Shown here in pieces: positions 46,361 through 58,294 of a DNA stretch of 64,000 nucleotides; the stretch's first letter is position 1, and each line of letters begins with the position of its first letter. Source of the stretch: Malacoraja senta. Lineage: Eukaryota. The stretch covers positions 124,001-188,000 of the forward strand of contig JAXLNO010000114.1 of the NCBI GenBank assembly GCA_038087875.1, written 5' to 3'. The translations under genes were made by a program, and so were the position numbers. Below the pieces are notes generated by a model that saw only the letters and a list, made by a program, of their open reading frames with translations, had not been told where the DNA came from and ran no database searches.

Positions 46361-47278
46361 CTGTGATGAATAAAAATAATGGAATTATCAAAGTTTGTCT
46401 GTTTTCCTCCACCGATAGCTGCACTTGGAGTGTCACCACCCCACTCTGCTAAAAGGCAGACCACATGACGGAGATGAGATGCTCCGATCAGCTGGTTGCT
46501 GTCAGGCCACGCGCCGCTGTCTACCCGCACACTGCACGGAGGGAGACCCGGCTGCGATCCTCGGCTTGCCCTGACAATGGTCCCCATGCTATTGCTGTAA
46601 CTTATTCCCTGCGGCATCTAAACAATGCGCTAACTCACAACAATTGTCCCTCTCCCACTGTTCAATCCCACGGGTGCATTCTCTTCTTGATTCTGGATGG
46701 ACACAATGTCAACACCTTTTGACAGAATACACCATTGCGACATTAAACTCGACTTATTCTCACACTTTAGCTTTAGGTTCAGAATTCAGAGTTCAGAGGC
46801 ACAGTATACAAACAGGCCCTTCCCCCCAGCGAGTCCACGCCAATCATGAATCGATCACCCGCTCACACTAGTTTTATGTTATCTCGCGTTTTGCATATTA
46901 GGAGCACATTTACAGAGGGCAATTGACGTACATGCCAGCATGCCATATGGATGTGGGAGGAAACACATGCCGTCATTAGAAAAACGTGCAAACTCCACAC
47001 AAACAGTGGCCGTGATTAGAATCGAACCTGAGTCTCCGGCGCCGTGAGCCAGCGGTTCTCCCAGCTGCACTACTGTGCGGACACTTATTATTGTCACATG
47101 TACTGAGAAACAGTGAAAATATTTTGTTTGTATGCTATCCAATCTAATCAGATACTATACATAAATACAACCAAGCCAAGTGTAAGTACAGCAGGTAGAG
47201 CGAAGAGAGTGCTGAATATAGTTTTCTCAACATGTAGCGATACAGTTTCAGAGAAAACGTCCAATGTCCGCAATGAAA

Positions 47279-47795
47279 TCTATATAACTAAAAGTCTCAT
47301 CTTGACCACTTCCTGTCTACGCTGTTAATTGATTTTAGAAAAAACGCTACCCGATATCGCTATGATTTTTGGCCATCTTATAGTCCTGCTCTGCTGCAGC
47401 AGCCCCAATGATTTTTCCCATCGATCAAAAATAAAAAATTCATGAATGTTTAAAAAATCTTGAGATCAGCTGATTGGTCCTCTCGCCTGTCAATCACCAT
47501 GTTGAAGATATCGCCCCTTCCGGGGGAGGCCAGGAGCATAAAGCCCTGGATGCCTTGACGTGAGTCAGTCACTCTGTAAGATCACGAGGGAGAGGCCACA
47601 ACTGTGAGTCTAAGCTGTGAATCAACTGAACTGTGAGTCTGCAATGTACTTGCAATAAATGATTTGTTAGCCCTAAATGAAAATGCAATGAGTTGTTTGG
47701 CTTGCCCTGTGTTTGAAACTGAAATGGCAATGGAAATGAAAATGAAATTAGTTGTTTGGTCTGCCCTGTGCTTGAAACTGAAATGGAAATGGATA
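47279..47795 (+). mobile_element. Helitron 5' portion (family of 35686-36950)
   Basis: 5' end a|tctatataactaaaagtctcatcttgacc, with reverse-complement units of the 36380 satellite at 47690-47790. Confidence 0.65.
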
Positions 47796-47927
47796 TGCCT
47801 TATATTGTATTATATTATATTGTATATTATTGCATAATATTGTAAAATATTGTATAATATTGTATTATATTGTATATTATTGTATTATATTATATTGTAT
47901 TCTGTTATATTGTATAATATTGTATTA

Positions 47928-50900
47928 TCTATATTATTAAAAGTCTGATCTTGACCGCTTTTGGCCCACTGTGGTGCGATTTCCGAGAGAACGCCGCCAC
48001 CTGCGGCCATCATTTTTGGCCACCTCGCTCAGAGACCACCTCCGCCTTCCTGGACCAGAGGATTTTTCCCGTCGATGAAAAATGAGAGAGATATGAATGT
48101 TTTAAAAAAATCCCCATTCTCTCTGCTGCCCCCGCTGGCGGCAGGGGGAGGGACTATAAAATCCAGAAGTGTCGTGCCTCACTCAGTCTCTGCCAGACCC
48201 AGGAAGGCAGAGGGTCACGGCTCACTGAACTGTGATAAACACTGAATGTATTGGTTGTAAAGTATTTGCAAATTTGTTTCTCTTGTGTTTGTTGGACGTT
48301 ATTTGTGTGTTTGTTGGACGTTATTTAAAGCATGTTTTTGTTTCAGAAGCAGCCTCTGCAGGAGGCTTTAAACGATTGAATCGTTCGGTTTACACACTGT
48401 AACTTTACCACGTTCTGAAGTTACTTGGCATTTTAGTATTGGTTGTGAGTGTGTGTGTCTGTGTTTTTTTCAGGAAATGTTTTGGTTGTAAGGTATTTGC
48501 AAATTAGTTTCTCTTGGCTGTTAAAAAAATGTTTACAGGAAACGTATTGGCTGTAAAGTATTTGCAAATTTGTTTCTGTTGGCTGTTTTTAAAAAATGTT
48601 TACTGGAAACGTTTTGGTTGTAAAGATTTTGCAAATTTATTTCTGTTGGCTGGCTGTTAAAAAATTTTTTATAGCAAATGTTTTGGTTGTAAAGTATTTG
48701 TAAAATGTAAAATGTTTATGTAAATGTTTATTTTTATGCTTAAAATAAAATGTAAAATGTAAAATGTTTACAGGAAACGTATTGGCTGTAAAGTATTTGT
48801 GAAATGTTTATGTAAATGTTTATATTTATGTTTAAAATAAAATGTAAAATGTTTACAAGAAATATTTTGGTTGTAAAATATTTGCAAATTCGTTTGTGTT
48901 GGCTGTTAAAAAATGTTTGCAACAGTTTTCAGATGGAATAAAGCATGAATAAACATTTTATTAGATCAGAACTGTGTTTAATTTTAAAATTGGCGCTCAT
49001 TCTGTGATTTTCGCTTGGTTGCAAGATGGCGTCGATGATGTCATTTCCGGTTAGCGGCAAGATGTCGCTGAGTGCGTCATTTCCGGTTCGTAGGAAGCAG
49101 CGGGATGGTGACGTCAAGATGGCGGCAAGTGCAGCCGCTGCTGAATAATTCATGACTTTACTGCTCTGTCTATGGTGAGTGTGGTTGTTAGCAGCAGCAT
49201 TTTGTTTCAGCAGCAGCCTCCCTCTACAGCAGGCTTTAAAGATTCGTTTTACACACTGTATATTCAACACGTTCTGAAGTTACTTGACATTTTAGTATTG
49301 GGTGTGTGTGTGTGTGTGTGTATTTATGTGTGAATGTGTGTGTGTGTGTGTATGTATGTGTGTGAATGTGTGTGAATGAGTCTGTGTGTATGTGTGTGAA
49401 TGTGTGAGTGTGTACGTGAATGTATGTTTGTGAATGTGTGTGTATGTATGTGTGAATGTCTGTGAGTGTGTGTGAACGTGTGTGTGTGTGAATGAGTCTG
49501 TGTGTGTGTGTGAATGAGTCTGTGTGTGTGTGTGTGAGAATGTCAGTGTGAATGAGTCCGTGTGTGTGTGAATGAGTCTGTGTGTGTGTGAATGAGTCTG
49601 TGAATGTGTCTGTGTGTATGTGTGAGAGTCTGTGTGTATGTGTGAGAGTCTGTGTGTGTGTGAATGAGTCTGTATGTGTGAATGAGTCTGTGTATGTATG
49701 AGTCTGTGTGTGTGTATACGAGTGTGTGTCTGTGTGTGTGTCAGTTAGTCTGTGTGTGTGTGTGAGGAGGAGGGTGTATGTGATCAGCAAATAACAAATA
49801 GTACAAATAATATAGCCTTTTGTAGTTCAGAGCTTATTTGTTATGTTTAATAGCCTGATGGCAGTCAGGAAGAAGCTGTTCCTCAATGTAGATGTTACAG
49901 TTTTCAGTTTACAAAAGCCGGACGTGACTCCAGAAGTCGGGCATAAGTCAGTCAGTCCACAAGCCGTCAGTCAGTCCAAAGGCCATGAGTTAATCCCAAG
50001 GCAGTGAGTGAGTCCAGAGGTCATGAGTAAGTCGCTCACCGCCCCCCCCTCCACTTACATCCCCCACTTCAAGACGCTGCCCTCCGTTTGGCTATAGGAT
50101 GCGCCCCCTACTGAAGCCGCCCACATCCCCCGCTGGAGGACACCCCCCCCTTCTTATCAGCCCACGAGAGCCCCCGCCTGAAGCTGTGCCCCTCCCTTGG
50201 CTGCACAACGTTTACCACCCCCCACCCCACCCTGACAGCCCCCGCCTCAAAAAAATGTTTTGCACAAATTCTTCAGTGTTCATTAACAACTGAAATTGTC
50301 TTTAGGCTGCTTTTTCGACATCATGTCAGGAAACGTTAGAGGTCAAGGTGATGTGGCTATTGCTGTGGCATCCACTGGGATTGCAGCTACGTTAATGCCT
50401 GGTGGAAGAACTACACATTCTCGATTCAAGATACCCATCCAAGTGGCCGAAGATACATTCTGCAACATCGAGAAGAACTCTAAGACGGCACATTTCACGA
50501 GGCAAGTGAAAGTCATTGTTTGGGATGAATGTCTCTATTTATCAACAGGAAATAGTCATCAAGAGGCAGTGAGCAGCAGAACACAACAAGAGACACAACA
50601 AGAAATAACTTAATAATTCTCATCTTTAACATTTAAATTGTTCTTATATTATAAGAGTTATTCACATTTTAAACTTTAATAAATCCTTTTTGCACTTTTC
50701 ATGCCGGCCTGTTCTTCATCACAATGCGAACCTAATAGGCAGGAATGGCTGCTCTGTGGGAGAGCCACTAAGAGTGAGTGGGGGGGGGTTGTGGGGAGAT
50801 GCACTGAATGTGTGGGTGGGAGGGGAATGGCAAGGAGCAGAGTGGGGGGGTGAAGGTAGGTGGGGTGACTGAGTGAACTGCCAGCGTACCAAGCATGTCT

Positions 50901-51349
50901 GACTGCACTGCCAGCCCACAAGCCGCGAGTAAGTGAATTGCCAGCCCACCAGCCGTAAGTGACTGAACTGCCAGCCCAATAATCCATTCAGTCCACCCTC
51001 TCCCCCTTCTCTCTCACAGTCTGTCACCTGTTTTGGGCAGAATTTCTGTCAGTTTCTCAGCTGCCAGCCTGCCAGGTCCGAGTGATTGTACTGCCAGGCC
51101 TCAGTGACTGAGCTGCCTGGCCTCAGTGACTGAGCTGCCAGACCAAGAATCCATTCGGCCCACAATGTCTATACTAGCCCTCTGGAAACCAGTATCTTCG
51201 GCCCACAACACCCATACTAGCGCAACAAAAAGCGCCACCCCCCCCACCACTGGCCACCACTATTGGAATTGGTAGAGAGGTGGAATATTGCGTTGGGTGA
51301 CCAGCCCTCCCGTGTGATGCTGGGACCCAACGGGTCCCACTTAGTCTAG
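47928..51349 (+). mobile_element. Non-autonomous Helitron (copy R) with both termini
   Basis: a|TCtatattatt... ends in the hairpin tgggacccaacgggtccca (51321-51339) then cttagtCTAG|t. It is inserted in an (attgtat)n tract. The helicase remnant at 50330-50535 reads VAIAVASTGIAATLMPGGRTTHSRFKIPI...VIVWDE. Confidence 0.9.
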
Positions 51350-52057
51350 TATTGTATATTATTGTATTATATTGTATAATATTGTCTTATATTGTGTAAT
51401 ATTGTATTATATTGTATATTATTGTATTATATTGTGTTATATTGTATAATATTGAGGGAAATGGGCCAAACGCGGGCAGGTGGGACTAGTGCAGCTGGGA
51501 CATGTTGGCCGGTGTGGGCAATTTGGGCAGAAGGGCCTGTTTCCACGATGTAAACTGGAAATAACAACTGGAAAATCCGTTCTTTTAATCTGCGTAAGAT
51601 CACTCCTACCTGCCTGTGCAGTAATGGCAGGGTGATTCTTCAGTAAGTGTCTACTTTGATGTTTCTGGAAACCCTATTATAAAACTTAAATTTTTGCAAC
51701 TTTGAATGTTGTTTCACATAGATGAACATCTCTACTATGGGAAAAATATGTTTGGCGCAATTTTTTAGAGATTCCATTGCATTTTTATGATGAACAACAC
51801 CGCAAAATATAATTGATTTAAGAATACAGTATCAAATTTTTGTCGCAGTCTTTCAAATTATACAGTATCTTCCTCAAACAAACCACCAAAAATATTTTTT
51901 CATTCATTAATAACGCATTAATTTAAAACCTTCGTTACAGTTTACTGCCGAAAACAGTGGTGATTTTCAGTAATGGTAAACTTTCCATAACTTTTCACCA
52001 ACTTCCTCTAAAACAATATTAACTTCAGATGAATAGGCAGGGGCATATTGGCCATTA

Positions 52058-55000
52058 CATAGATACATAGATACATAGAAAATAGGTGCAGGAGTAGGCC
52101 ATTCGGCCCTTCGAGGCTGCACCGCCATTCAATATGATCATGGCTGATCATCCAACTCAGTATCCCGTACCTGCCTTCTCTCCATACCCCCTGATCCCCT
52201 TAGCCACAAGGGCCACATCTAACTCCCTCTTAAATATAGCCAATGAACTGGCCTCAACTACCCTCTGTGGCAGAGAGTTCCAGAGATTCACCACTCTCTG
52301 TGTGAAAAAGTTTTTTCTCATCTCGGTCTTCGAGGATTTCCCCCTTATCCTTAAGCTGTGACCCCTTGTCCTGGACTTCCCCAACATCGGGAACAATCTT
52401 CCTGCATCTAGCCTGTCCAACCCCATAAGAATTTTGTACGTTTCTATAAGATCCCCTCTCAATCTCCTAAATTCTAGCGAGTATAAGCCAAGTCTATCCA
52501 GTCTTTCTTCATATGAAAGTCCTGACATCCCAAGAATCAGTCTGGTGAACCTTCTCTGCACTCCCTCTATGGCTATAATGTCCTTCCTCAGATTTGGAGA
52601 CCAAAACTGCACAAATACTCCAGGTGTGGTCTCACCAAGACCCTGTACAACTGCAGTAGAACCTCCCTGCTCCTATACTCAAATCCTTTTGCTATGAAAG
52701 CTAACATACCATTCGCTTTCTTCACTGCCTGCTGCACCTGCATGCCTACTTTCAATGACTGGTGTACCATGACACCCAGGTCTCGCTGCATCTCCCCTTT
52801 TCCTAATCGGCCACCATTTAGATAATAGTCTGCTTTCCTGTTTTTGCCACCAAAGTGGATAACCTCACATTTATCCACATTATACTGCATCTGCCAAACA
52901 TTTGCCCACTCACCCAGCCTATCCAAGTCACATTGCAGTCTCCTAGCATCCTCCTCACAGCTAACACTGCCCCCCAGCTTCGTGTCATCCGCCAACTTGG
53001 AGATGTTGCCTTCAATTCCCTCATCCAGATCATTAATATAAATTGTAAATAGCTGGGCTCCCAGCACTGAGCCTTGCGGTACCCCACTAGTCACTGCCTG
53101 CCATTGTGAAAAGGACCCGTTTACTCCTACTCTTTGCTTCCTGTTTGCCAGCCAGTTCTCTATCCACATCAATACTGAACCCCCAATTCCGTGTGCTTTA
53201 AGTTTGTATACTAATCTCTTATGTGGGACCTTGTCGAAAGCCTTCTGAAAGTCCAGATACAACACATCCACTGGTTCTCCCCTATCCACACTACTAGTTA
53301 CATCCTCGAAAAATTCTATAAGATTCGTCAGACATGATTTACCTTTCGTAAATCCATGCTGACTTTGTCCAATCATTGCACCACTTTCCAAATGTGCTGC
53401 TATCCCATCTTTAATAACTGACTCTAGCAGTTTCCCCACTACCGATGTTAGACTAACTGGTCTATAATTCCCCGTTTTCTCTCTCCCTCCCTTCTTAAAA
53501 AGTGGGGTTACGTTTGCTACCCTCCAATCGCCAGGAACTACTCCAGAATCTAAAGAGTTTTGAAAAATTATCACTAATGCATCCACTATTTCTGGAGCTA
53601 CTTCCTTAAGTAGTCTGGGATGCAGCCTATCTGGCCCTGGTGATTTATCGGCCTTTAATCCATTCAATTTACCCAACACCACTTCCCGACTAACCTGGAT
53701 TTCACTCAGTTCCTCCATCTCCTTTGACCCTCGGTCCCCTGCTATTTCCGGCAGATTATTTATGTCTTCCTTGGTGAAGACGGAACCAAAGTAGTTATTC
53801 AATTGGTCCGCCATATCCTTGTTCCCCATGATCAATTCACCTGTTTCTGACTGCAAGGGACCTACATTTGTTTTAACTAATCTCACATATCTATAAAAAC
53901 TTTTGCAGTCAGTTTTTATGTTCCCTGCCAGTTTTCTTTCATAATCTATTTTCCCATTCCTAATTAAGCCCTTTGTCCTCCTCTGCTGGTCTCTGAATGT
54001 CTCCCAGTCCTCTGGTATGCTACTTTTTCTGGCTAATTTGTACGCATCATTTTTTGCTTTGATACTATCCCTGATTTCCCTTGTTATCCACGGATGCACT
54101 ACCTTCCCTGATTTATTCTTTTGCCAAACTGGGATGAACAATTTTTGTAGTTCATCCATGCAGTCTTTAAATGCCTTCCATTGCATATCCACCGTCAACC
54201 CTTTTAGAACTAATTGCCAGTCAATCTTGGCCAATTCACGTCTCATACCCTCAAAGTTACCTTTCTTTAAGTTCAGAACCGTTGTTTCTGAATTAACAAT
54301 GTCACTCTCCATCCTAATGAAGAACTCAACCATATTATGGTCACTCTTGCCCAAGGGGGCACGCACAACAAGACTGCTAACTAACCCTTCCTCATTACGC
54401 AATACCCAGTCTAGAATAGCCTGCTCTCTCGTTGGTTCCTCTACATGTTGGTTTAGATAACTATCCCGCATACATTCCAAGAAATCCTCTTCCTCAGCAC
54501 CCCTGCCAATTTGATTCACCCAATCTATATGTAGATTGAAGTCACCCATTATAACTGTTTTGCCTTTGTTGCACGCATTTCTAATTTCCTGTTTGATGCC
54601 ATCCCCAACTTCACTACTACTGCTAGGTGGCCTGTACACAACACCCACCAGCGTTTTCTGCCCCCAAGTGTTTCGCAGCTCTACCCATACCGATTCCACA
54701 TCCTCCAAGCTAATGTCCTTCCTTTCCACTGCGTTAATCTCCTCTCTAACCAGCAACGCTACCCCACCTCCTTTTCCTTTCTCTCTATCCCTCCTGAATA
54801 TTGAATATCCCTGGATGTTCAGCTCCCAGCCTTGGTCACCCTGGAGCCATGTCTCCGTGATCCCAACTATATCATAATCTGCACGTTCAACTCATCTACC
54901 TTATTATGAATGCTCCTTGCATTGAGACACAAAGCCTTCAGGCTTGTTTTTACAACGCTCTTACCCCTTATACAATTATGTTGTAAAAGTGGCCCTTTTT

Positions 55001-55340
55001 GATTTTTGCCCTGGATTTGTCTGCATGCCACTTTTACTTTTCACCTTGCTACCTATTGCTTCCGCCCGCATTTTACACCCCTCTGTTTCTCTGCTCACCC
55101 ATTTAAGAACCCCACCACCTCTTATTCTCTGTTTATTATTGTTTTCTTCTTTCCCCCCTACATGTTGGGTCTGAGTGCTTTCCTTCTCTGCCTCCTGCCT
55201 CACACTGTCTAATAGCTTTCTCTATTTGAGTCCCTCCCCCCAACCATTCTACTTTAAAGTCTCCCCAGTAGCCTTTGCATATCTCCCCGCGAGGATATCG
55301 GTCCCCCTCAGGTTCAAGTGCAACCCATCCTTTTTGTACA
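52058..55340 (-). mobile_element. CR1 LINE, 5'-truncated, ORF2 largely open
   Basis: ORFs 52588-54756 (722 aa, EN-RT) and 52157-52612, with a (tctatgta)n tail. The empty site is at ~1175. Confidence 0.93.
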
Positions 55341-55488
55341 TTGATCAATTACAATTGATAATTATGGTCATTGTTGTGTTATTTTACACATTATGAGCTA
55401 AAAATACTCGTGTGACGGATATAACTCAGCATGGTAGAGATGATCAAGTTTGTGAGCATCACGTGATGGAGATGACTAAAACTATCTT

Positions 55489-55640
55489 TAGGGCTAGGGT
55501 TCGGGCTAGCACTGTGGTTGGGGCTGGGGCTAGGGTTGGGGCAAGGGTTAGGGCTAGGTTTGTGGCTGGGGCTGGGATTAGGGTTACAATTGGAGTTAGG
55601 GTTGGGGCTAGGATTAGGGTTAGGGTTGGGACTGGGGTTA
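55489..55640. repeat. Telomere-like GGGTTA/GGGCTA/GGGTTG array
   Basis: Shorter inverted paralog of 631-1025. Confidence 0.85.
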
Positions 55641-56224
55641 CTTACCCCCGATTTCAAGCTCCATCTCCAGCTGGACACAAAGCCGTCGCAGCCGTCGCAT
55701 CTTCCCGTGACCCGATATCCCTTTCCACGCCCAGCCCTGTTCAGCCCTTGTTCCCCGGTGGGGGGGGGGGACTTTTGAATTCCGATGTTTTTTGAGGTGG
55801 GAAGTTCGCGTCTATTCTATTTAAAGCCATGTGGGCCGACTCAACAAAGGTCCGTGATGGTAATGACTCCAATCATCAGGGAAAAAACGGTAAGATTTAC
55901 AATTTTATCAAGAATAGAGGAATTTTTCAAAGGGTGATCAATGTTTTAATTATTAATACCTAACGTTTAAAAGTATTTATTAAAAGGGGGGGGTCATCGA
56001 ACATCGGGTAAAAATGTAAAAAAGAATACATTATTCATTTAGGGTTTAATCTTTATTTATGATTATGTTTATTAACAATATAGAAAAAGAAGAAATGGGA
56101 TTGAGTTACGGATTTTTCTTATATACAGCATCAAAGTAGCGGGACTTACTGAAGACACTTACTGAAGAATCACCCGGCAATGGAAAGTTGGACATTGGAA
56201 AAGAAAGAAATTGCCATTACAATT

Positions 56225-56678
56225 GTGCTGAGAGAATGGAGCGGCTGGGCTTGTACACTCTGGAATTTAGGTTGACAGGTGATCTTATTGAAACATATAA
56301 GATCGTTAAGTGTTTGGACACGCTAGAGGCAGGAAACATGTTCCAGATGTTGGGGGAGTCCAGAACCAGGGGCCACACACAGTTTAAGAATAAGGGATAA
56401 GCCATTTAGAATGGAGACGAGGAAACACTTTTTCTCACAGAGAGTTGTGAGTCTGCGGAATTCTCTGCCTCAGAGGGCGGTGGAGGCCGGTTCTCTGGAT
56501 ACTTTCAAGAGAGACTTAGATAGGACTTTTAACGATAGCGGAGTCAGGGAATATGGGGAGAAGGCAGGAACGGGATACTGATTGGGGATGATCAGCCATA
56601 ATCACATTGAATGGCAGTGCTGGCTCGAAGGGCCGAATGGCCTACTCCTGCACCTATTGTCTATTATCTATTGTCTAT
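56225..56678 (+). mobile_element. CR1 3' fragment
   Basis: [15 protein letters not shown]..., with a (ctattgt)n tail. Confidence 0.85.
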
Positions 56679-56920
56679 AATTTGAATGCTTGTTATTTTG
56701 AGATAATCTGATAATTTTGTTCCAAGTATTCCTGATTTTGGCCTTGCAGTTATCTGCCAAATTTGTGATCACTTGATGCATTTCTACTGCCGCAACTGGA
56801 TTTGAACCAGCATTTGTGGAAGATTAGTCAACATGTTAGGAGAAATGACATTTCAAATTTAATTCTAATTAGGGCAAGTTGACGGATGTTGGAGGGATAA
56901 ATAAAACCAGGATAGACTGT

Positions 56921-56948
56921 CTGAAGAAGGGTCTCGACCCGAAACGTC
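56921..56948 (+). ncRNA. Minimal hammerhead ribozyme motif in a Penelope pLTR (element to ~57044)
   Basis: CUGAAGA-A-GGGU(CUCG)ACCC-GAAAC-GUC. Confidence 0.6.
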
Positions 56949-57443
56949 CCTTGTTTCCTTCGCTCCATAGATGCTGCCTCACCCGCTGAGTTCCTCCAGC
57001 ATTTTTGTATACCTTCAATTTTCCAGCATCTGCAGTTCCTTCTTATGCATTACAATCTGGTCAGCCACAAGGCATAGAGTGGGAGGATAATGGGAGTGGC
57101 ATTCAGTGTACGTTAATTCCAATAAAGTGTGATTAATGATAGTCCGAGGGTCTCCAATTGGGCGGACAGAACCATTCACTGACTGGTGAGTCAATGGTTC
57201 AGTTGCCTGATTATAGCTTGGAAGGAACTCTCACTGAATCTGGAGGTACGGGTTTTCACACTTGCCAGGGGGGAGATGGGAGAAGAGGGGGTGATCGGCG
57301 TGAGACTCATCCTTCATTATGCTGGTGGCCTTGCCAAGGCAGCGGGAAGTGTAGATAGGGTCAATGGGAGGGATGTTGGTTTAGTTACATTCACAACTCG
57401 ATGCAACTTATTGAGGCCTTGAATGGAGCGCTTACAAAACCCT

Positions 57444-57648
57444 AGATAGACACAAAAAGCTGGAGTAACTCAGCGGGACAGGCAGCATCTCTGGAGAGAA
57501 GGAATGGGTGACGTTTTAGGTCGAGACCCTTCCTCTTCTCGACCAGAAACGTCACCCATTCCTTCTCTCCAGAGATGCTGCCTGATCCGCTGAGATACTC
57601 CAGCTTTTTGCGTCTATCTTCGGTTTAAACCGGCATCTGCAGTTCTTT
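57444..57648. mobile_element. Palindromic head-to-head Penelope pLTR element
   Basis: 83-bp arms at 57444-57526 and 57537-57619, flanked by the direct repeat cttacaaaacc (57431-57441, 57649-57659). Confidence 0.75.
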
Positions 57649-58294
57649 CTTACAAAACCATGCTGTCATGCACCTTGATGAAATGCTTACTACGGCGCAT
57701 CTGTAGATGTTGGTGAGAGTGTAGAGGGATTGGCGGCTGGCAGACCCATCGTGGGTCAAAGGCCCATTTCTGCGCAGTATGACCCTTGATTCTGGACATT
57801 GATATTCTGACTTAACCTTTGTGATAACATAAACCAAAATGTGGTGATTTATCACACAGTTCCTGCATCTGTCCACATGTGACTATGCTGTCTCTGCAGA
57901 TGTGAATTGTCTCTGCTCAGCCCCTTCCCTATTGCCACTTTTTGTAAACCTCAGTGTTTGCAACAGCTCCACGCCCATTATCAGGGCAACATTTATAATT
58001 CACAGAAGGCTCTACAAACCTTTGTTTACTTGATGTAGATGTCACTGCATCTCCTCCCCTATCGCCACCTTCAGCCATGATGATTCAAGAGTTCCAAACT
58101 TCTGTGGTTCTGGAATGAACAATATTAAGATATCCGTCAAGCAACAATTGAATGCGAAGGAAACCGCTACCTGGTGAACACACAATATCTGATCCAATCA
58201 ACCCGTCCTCCCAAGGTCATCAACTATCTGATCTGAAACAACGTCCGATAAACCATCTGAAATTCCAAATTCAACACATTAACTAATTCCCCTT

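Larger units (their letters stand above)
51628..56177. mobile_element. TIR DNA element containing a telomere-like array and a nested CR1
   Basis: TIRs cagggtgattcttcagtaagtgtct (51628-51652) and agacacttactgaagaatcacccgg (56153-56177), flanked by taatgg/caatgg. A one-ended paralog lies at ~510-1795. Confidence 0.6.
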
